From an uncultured Gemmatimonadales bacterium (GTDB taxonomy: Bacteria > Gemmatimonadota > Gemmatimonadetes > Longimicrobiales > Gaopeijiaceae), in contig CAWELD010000003.1 of NCBI GenBank assembly GCA_963809895.1, positions 3,328,001-3,392,000 of the forward strand: 64,000 bases of DNA. Direction: 5' to 3'. Below the pieces are notes generated by a model that saw only the letters and a program-made list of their open reading frames with translations, was not told where the DNA came from and made no database searches. The translations under genes were made by a program, and so were the position numbers. Shown in pieces: positions 59,228 to 64,000 of this stretch (its first letter is position 1; every line of letters begins with the position of its first letter).

Positions 59228-60329
59228 TCACTCTTCCTCCTCCGCACGCGCAGCCACCAGCGCGCCGAGGCCGGCGTAGTAGGTCTTTCCCAGCGACCGC
59301 GCCCGGTACCAGCCCCGGGGCATGCGGCCCACCACGCATTGATTGAGCTCGAAGATGTTCTCGCGGAGGGGGCGCGACGCGCGCCACAGCACCATGAAGC
59401 GCCGCTGATCGGGCTCGATGATGACCGTGTCCATCACCGCCTGCTTCTCCTCGCGCTCGAACTCCCGGTCGGTGAACTCCACGGGCACCTGCAAACGGGG
59501 TAGCGGAAACACGGTGCGCCCTTCGGGAGTCAGCCCCGTGAGCTCGACCCACTCTCCGCCCCGGGGATGCTCCATCTGCTGATCCGCCGGCGCGCTCTGG
59601 AAGTAGAGGGGATCGAAATCCTCGGGCAGGAAGGGAAAGACGTTGTCGATCCAGTCCTGGTCGTAGGTGCCCTCCGAGGGGATAGCGCTCCTTGAACTGG
59701 CGCCCCACGACCCCGAACGACATGGGCCGGAAGCTGCCGGTGCGGTCGCTCACGGGCTGGCCCATCTCCTGGGTGTTGGGAAGCGGGCGCCCGATGATGG
59801 CCGGTCCGGCGAGAGGATAGAAGCCCACCCCCACCGGATTCTCCATGAAGGCCTCCACCCGCTCCGGATCCTCGGGATCGGCGTCCACCCCGCCCCAGGC
59901 CCGGTCGTAGGTGATGGGCATGGTGGTGAAGGGCTGATGCGACCCGGGCGTGGGGCCCAGCGCGCCGTCCTCCCAGATCCGGTCGCCCACCACGTCGAAG
60001 AACTTCTCGATGGTGCCCACGCGGAGCCCCACGGTCACCTGGTAGGCGGGCACGCCGTCCGGCGCGTGGGCACTGCCGTTGACCAGCACGTCGCAGCGAG
60101 GCTTCACAGGCGCGAAGTCGGACTCGTAGGTCACCGCACTGAGCCCCGGCTCGCCGGTGAACTCGTCGGCCATCACCAGCTCCACCTGCTCCTCGGCCAG
60201 CCTGGGCTCCTCCCCCTCGGGCGGGAACGCGAAGGTCCCTTTCACCACCACCACCACGCGCTCCCGGCCGTCGGGATCGAGGCCGAGCGTGTAGCCGGCC
60301 TCCATGCCGGTGGCGTTGAGAAGCTCCAT
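59228..60329 (-). CDS. DUF2169 T6SS adaptor, frameshifted at ~59671
   Basis: VVVKGTF, YESDFAPVKPRCDV, GDRIW; second frame GTYDQDW..LPEDFDPLYFQSAP..DTVIIEPD; one extra G in a homopolymer. Confidence 0.88.
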
Positions 60330-60369
60330 GGGCGGGTCGAAGGGTGGAGGGAGGGAGAGGGAGAGGGCG

Positions 60370-60870
60370 TCAGTTGATCTGGACGGATCCGCCCTTGATG
60401 CGGTTCACGCCCGACGACCGGCTGAGCAGGTAGCGGCCACGGATGAGGATCTTGCCGGCGCGGGTGAGGGTGAGGCTGGCCTTCCCGCAGCGGAGCACGA
60501 TCTCGCGGTCGGCGGTGAGGACCAGACGCTCGCCGTCCACCTGCGCCTGCACCTCCCCGGCCTCCGCCTGCTCCGGCTCCACGACGGCATGTGTGTCCGC
60601 ATCCTCCTCGACATCAACGCCCACACCCGCGGGATGCTGGATGAAGCCCAGCACGATGGGGCGCTCCGGATCACCGCCCTCGAAGGCCAGCGCGACCTGG
60701 CGCCCCACGTCCTCCTCCGCGCTGGCCACGGTGGCCAGGGCGGACAGGGGCCCACCGGTGGGGTTCCCCGCATAGTCCACCAGGCACTCCGTGCGCTCCC
60801 CCGAGCGCACCAGCCGCCCGATCACCACGCCCTCCAGCCGGGTGGACGTACTCCGTTCCGTGGTCGCCAT
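60370..60870 (-). CDS. DUF6484-like T6SS accessory protein
   Basis: VALAFEGGDPERPIVLG; EIVLRCGKASLTL..NRIKGGSVQIN. Confidence 0.8.
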   Translation of the reverse strand: MATTERSTSTRLEGVVIGRLVRSGERTECLVDYAGNPTGGPLSALATVASAEEDVGRQVALAFEGGDPERPIVLGFIQHPAGVGVDVEEDADTHAVVEPEQAEAGEVQAQVDGERLVLTADREIVLRCGKASLTLTRAGKILIRGRYLLSRSSGVNRIKGGSVQIN

Positions 60871-60880
60871 CCTCGCCGCC

Positions 60881-62992
60881 TCAGTTCTGCAGGATCTTCT
60901 TGCCCTTCATGGTGATGTTCTTCGACGCCTTCACGTCGATCTTGCCCGAGCCGTCCACCGACAGGTCCTTCCCCTTGATGGAGATGGTCCCGTCCTTCTT
61001 CATGACGATGCTGGCTTTGCCGGTCTTGATGATGATCTCGTCACCGGCCTCGATGGTGAGCTTCTTGCCCACCGTGAGGGAGTCGTCGTCTCCCACCGAG
61101 GTGGAGCGGTTGGCGCCCACGTCGACCGACTGGTCGCTGCCCACGGACACCGACTCCTCGTTGCCCACCCTGGTGCTCTGATTGATCCCCACCGTGACGT
61201 TGCGCTCGCCACCGACCGTGACTTCCTGAGCGGCTCCCACGGTGACGGACTCGTTGATCCCCACCATGCGCGTACGGTTCTGGGCCACGGTGATCGACTC
61301 GCTCTGACCCACCGTCTCGGTGCGGTTGGAGCCGATGTCGATGGTCTCGTTGTTGCCCACCGACTCGGTGCGATCGTTGCCGATGGTGATGGTCTCGTTG
61401 TTGCCGACGTCTTCCGTACGATCGTTGCCGATGGAGATGGTCTCGTCGTGGCCCACCGACTCGTTGCGGTCGTTCTCCACCACCACCGTCTTGTTCTTTT
61501 CCGCATGGATGTAGAGCTCCTCGCTCCCCTTCTTGTCCTCCATGCGGATCTCGTTGAAGTTGTCCGCCCCCCCACCCAGCGAGCTCCTGGACTTCACCCC
61601 GCTCTGCGTACGGTTGGCCGGCAGGCCGTAGGGCACGGTCTGTTCGGCGTTGTAGACCCTGCCGGTGATGATGGGGCGGTCCGGGTCGCCCTCGAGAAAC
61701 TCGACGATGACCTCCTGGCCCATGCGGGGGATGTGGATCCCACCCCAGCTCTTGCCGGCCCAGGGGTACGAGACCCGCACCCAGCAGGAGCTGTTCTGGT
61801 CCTTGCCGCCGATCCGATCCCAGTAGAACTGGACCTTCACACGGCCATATTCGTCGGTGAAGATCTCCTCGCCCGACTTTCCCACCACCAGTGCCGTCTG
61901 CGAGCCGTGGATGCGCGGCTTGCGGGCACGGTGCGGCGGCCTGAACGGCGTGCTGAAGGGGATGGCCACGAAGTCGTTGCGATACTCCACCGTGGCCGAC
62001 TCCCAGGTACGGTAGTCGCCACCGTCGGCGTGATGCGTCACGTGCAGGAGCAGGTAATCCGTGTTCGCATCGGGCCGGTAGTGCTCCTCCAGCCCGAACT
62101 TGTAGCCACTGGTGAAGCCCCGGCAGTTCGCGCTGCCCCGCACCACCTGCCGTCCGCACTCACCCTCCTCGAGGATGAGCTGCGCGTAGCGCTCCCCTTC
62201 ACCCAGATCCAGGTAACGTCCGGGGTAGTCGTAGACCTCCTCGCCGTTCTCGCCGCTCGCCCCCGTTTCCAGGTTCAGCGACGGGCGCGTGAAGTCGTAA
62301 TCACGCAGGGTGACCTGACCGATGTGCACCGCCGATTCCACCTCCAGCGTGCGCACCACCTCTTCGTCCTGCCACGGGCCCTCGTCGGTGGCCATGCGCG
62401 CCGTCTCCTGGCCCGGGCACGGCTGGCAGGTACTGTTGGCGTCGGCGATGACCAGCAGGTGCTTGTCGTCGGAATGCTCGAAGTAGAAGAAGATCCCCTC
62501 TTCTTCGAAGAGCCGCGTGACGAAGTTGAAGTGGGATTCGCGGTACTGGACGCAGTACTCCCGGGGTGCGTAGCTCCCGGAGCAGCGCACTTCGTAGTCC
62601 GTGTATCCCAGCCCGTCGAAGACCTCCTGCGCGATCTCCAGCACGGTCTTCTGCTGGAAGATCTTGCAGTCCTGAGACAGCTTCAGGAACCAGAGCCAGG
62701 GCACGACCTCGGCCTGGTAGACCGTGAGGTCCTCGCGCTGCCCTCGTTGGACGAATCGTCGCACCAGGCCGTGGATCTTCCGCTCCTGGTCGAGATGCGT
62801 GATGGTCACCACCACGGGCTCGCGCAGAAGGCTGGCCGGATCGATGGAATCGTCTTCGGAGAGCAGGTCGAGGGTGAAGGCGAAGGGAATGGACATGCCC
62901 TCCTCACCCCCCATGCCCTGCAACAGCAGGACATCGGTATCGAGCGGCGTGTCGACCCGGATCGCCCGTCCTTCCTGCGAGAATCTACCCAT
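60881..62992 (-). CDS. vgrG: Type VI secretion spike VgrG/TssI
   Basis: YCVQYRES..FEEEGI, DEYGRVKVQFYWD, PRMGQEVIVEFLEGDPDRPII; gp5-type 8-residue C-terminal repeats. Confidence 0.96.
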   Translation of the reverse strand: MGRFSQEGRAIRVDTPLDTDVLLLQGMGGEEGMSIPFAFTLDLLSEDDSIDPASLLREPVVVTITHLDQERKIHGLVRRFVQRGQREDLTVYQAEVVPWLWFLKLSQDCKIFQQKTVLEIAQEVFDGLGYTDYEVRCSGSYAPREYCVQYRESHFNFVTRLFEEEGIFFYFEHSDDKHLLVIADANSTCQPCPGQETARMATDEGPWQDEEVVRTLEVESAVHIGQVTLRDYDFTRPSLNLETGASGENGEEVYDYPGRYLDLGEGERYAQLILEEGECGRQVVRGSANCRGFTSGYKFGLEEHYRPDANTDYLLLHVTHHADGGDYRTWESATVEYRNDFVAIPFSTPFRPPHRARKPRIHGSQTALVVGKSGEEIFTDEYGRVKVQFYWDRIGGKDQNSSCWVRVSYPWAGKSWGGIHIPRMGQEVIVEFLEGDPDRPIITGRVYNAEQTVPYGLPANRTQSGVKSRSSLGGGADNFNEIRMEDKKGSEELYIHAEKNKTVVVENDRNESVGHDETISIGNDRTEDVGNNETITIGNDRTESVGNNETIDIGSNRTETVGQSESITVAQNRTRMVGINESVTVGAAQEVTVGGERNVTVGINQSTRVGNEESVSVGSDQSVDVGANRSTSVGDDDSLTVGKKLTIEAGDEIIIKTGKASIVMKKDGTISIKGKDLSVDGSGKIDVKASKNITMKGKKILQN

Positions 62993-63035
62993 CCCTCCGC
63001 CTGTGTCCGGTGGATCGCATGCTCCTCACCCGCGC

Positions 63036-64000
63036 TCAGGCCGAGGCAGATTCGTTCGCCCCGACTCCTTTTCCATTGTAGACGAACGATCCGTCGTCAG
63101 CGAGATCGATCTGGATCGTGTCGGGCTTGGCCCCCTCCACCAGCGACTCCAGCAGGATGGTGGAAAGGTCCGGGAGCAGCGTGTTGGTGAGGATGTTGTC
63201 GATGTTCCTCGCCCCGCTCTCCACCTCGGTGCAGCGATTGGCGATCTCCTGCACGATGGCGTCGCTGTGCAGCAGGTCGACCCGGTGTTGGGCCTGAAGG
63301 CGCCGCTCCACCTTGGCCAGCTTGAGGCGCACGATGGTCTTGAGCGCTTCGTCGCGGATCGGGAAATACGGCACGATCACCGTCCGCCCCAGGAGGGCCG
63401 GTTTGAAGACGCCGTCCAGCTCGGGTTTGATGGCGGTCACCAGCCCCTTGGAGCTGGGCGTCGTCTCGGGGTCGGCACACAACTCCATGATGGTGTCCGT
63501 GGCCGCGTTGGTCGTGAGAATGATGATGGTGTTGCGGAAGTCGATCTCCCGGCCCTCACCGTCCTCCATGCGCCCCTTGTCGAAGACCTGGAAAAAGAGC
63601 TCCATGACGTCGGGATGCGCCTTCTCGACCTCGTCGAGCAGCACCACCGAGTAGGGCCGCCGCCGCACGGCCTCGGTGAGCACGCCGCCTTCGCCGTAGC
63701 CCACGTAGCCCGGCGGTGAGCCTTTGAGGCTCGACACCGTGTGGGCCTCCTGGAACTCGGACATGTTGATGGTGATGAGGTTGCGCTCACCGCCGTACAG
63801 CAGGTCCGACAGCGTCAGGGCGGTCTCGGTCTTTCCCACGCCGCTCGGGCCCACGAGCATGAAGACGCCCACCGGCTTGCCCGGGTCCTCGATGCCTGCC
63901 TTGGACGAGCGGATGCGGTGGCTGATGACCTCCAGCGCGTGGTCCTGACCGATGATGCGCTCCCCCAGGTACTCCTCCAGCCGGAGCGCCATGGCCACGT
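63036..64000 (-). CDS. tssH: T6SS ATPase ClpV/TssH, C-terminal part (truncated by the window edge)
   Basis: IIGQDHA, GPSGVGKTE, GSPPGYVGYGEGGVLTEAVRR, ESGARNID; adjacent to vgrG. Confidence 0.92.
   Translation of the reverse strand, partial: VAMALRLEEYLGERIIGQDHALEVISHRIRSSKAGIEDPGKPVGVFMLVGPSGVGKTETALTLSDLLYGGERNLITINMSEFQEAHTVSSLKGSPPGYVGYGEGGVLTEAVRRRPYSVVLLDEVEKAHPDVMELFFQVFDKGRMEDGEGREIDFRNTIIILTTNAATDTIMELCADPETTPSSKGLVTAIKPELDGVFKPALLGRTVIVPYFPIRDEALKTIVRLKLAKVERRLQAQHRVDLLHSDAIVQEIANRCTEVESGARNIDNILTNTLLPDLSTILLESLVEGAKPDTIQIDLADDGSFVYNGKGVGANESASA

Noticed and set aside
58077..60329. 750-aa ORF suggesting a DUF2169-thiolase fusion
   Set aside because: Produced by the frameshift at ~59671; the real DUF2169 C-terminus is in another frame and stops at 59228
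61320..61480. 48-bp period tandem repeats (possible CRISPR or VNTR)
   Set aside because: They encode the gp5-type beta-helix repeats of VgrG
1..64000. rRNA, tRNA, transposase or prophage genes
   Set aside because: None recognised by eye; tRNAscan or Infernal would be needed to exclude small RNAs

Overview
High-GC bacterial window of mostly plus-strand accessory genes. The kinase style, the expanded 6-bladed beta-propeller family and two PadR + duplicated orphan ABC-permease modules point to Gemmatimonadota (inference). Contents: six paralogous beta-propeller proteins, a VapBC-type toxin-antitoxin pair, a Ser/Thr kinase, transporters, peptidases and a loose group of resistance-like enzymes (subclass B3 metallo-beta-lactamase, AadA-like nucleotidyltransferase, ClbS/DfsB-like protein, GNAT). 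It also holds a beta-carbonic anhydrase/TMEM175 pair, a LytS/LytTR system and, at the right end, part of a type VI secretion locus: clpV, vgrG, DUF6484, DUF2169, a thiolase-like gene, a PAAR-like HNH nuclease effector, an immunity candidate and a HEAT-repeat gene, in the same order as the P. aeruginosa vgrG1b/Tse7 cassette. The main non-coding signals are a parS-like palindrome CGTTTCAGCTGAAACG (3 copies, two of them inside the T6SS operon), a motif shared upstream of both padR genes, a double TetR-type operator, and a TIR-bounded palindromic element at 16.4-16.6 kb. At least 7 genes are frameshifted, mostly at homopolymers, which suggests long-read consensus errors. No rRNA, tRNA or true CRISPR array was seen. 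All family calls come from motif recognition, not from database searches.
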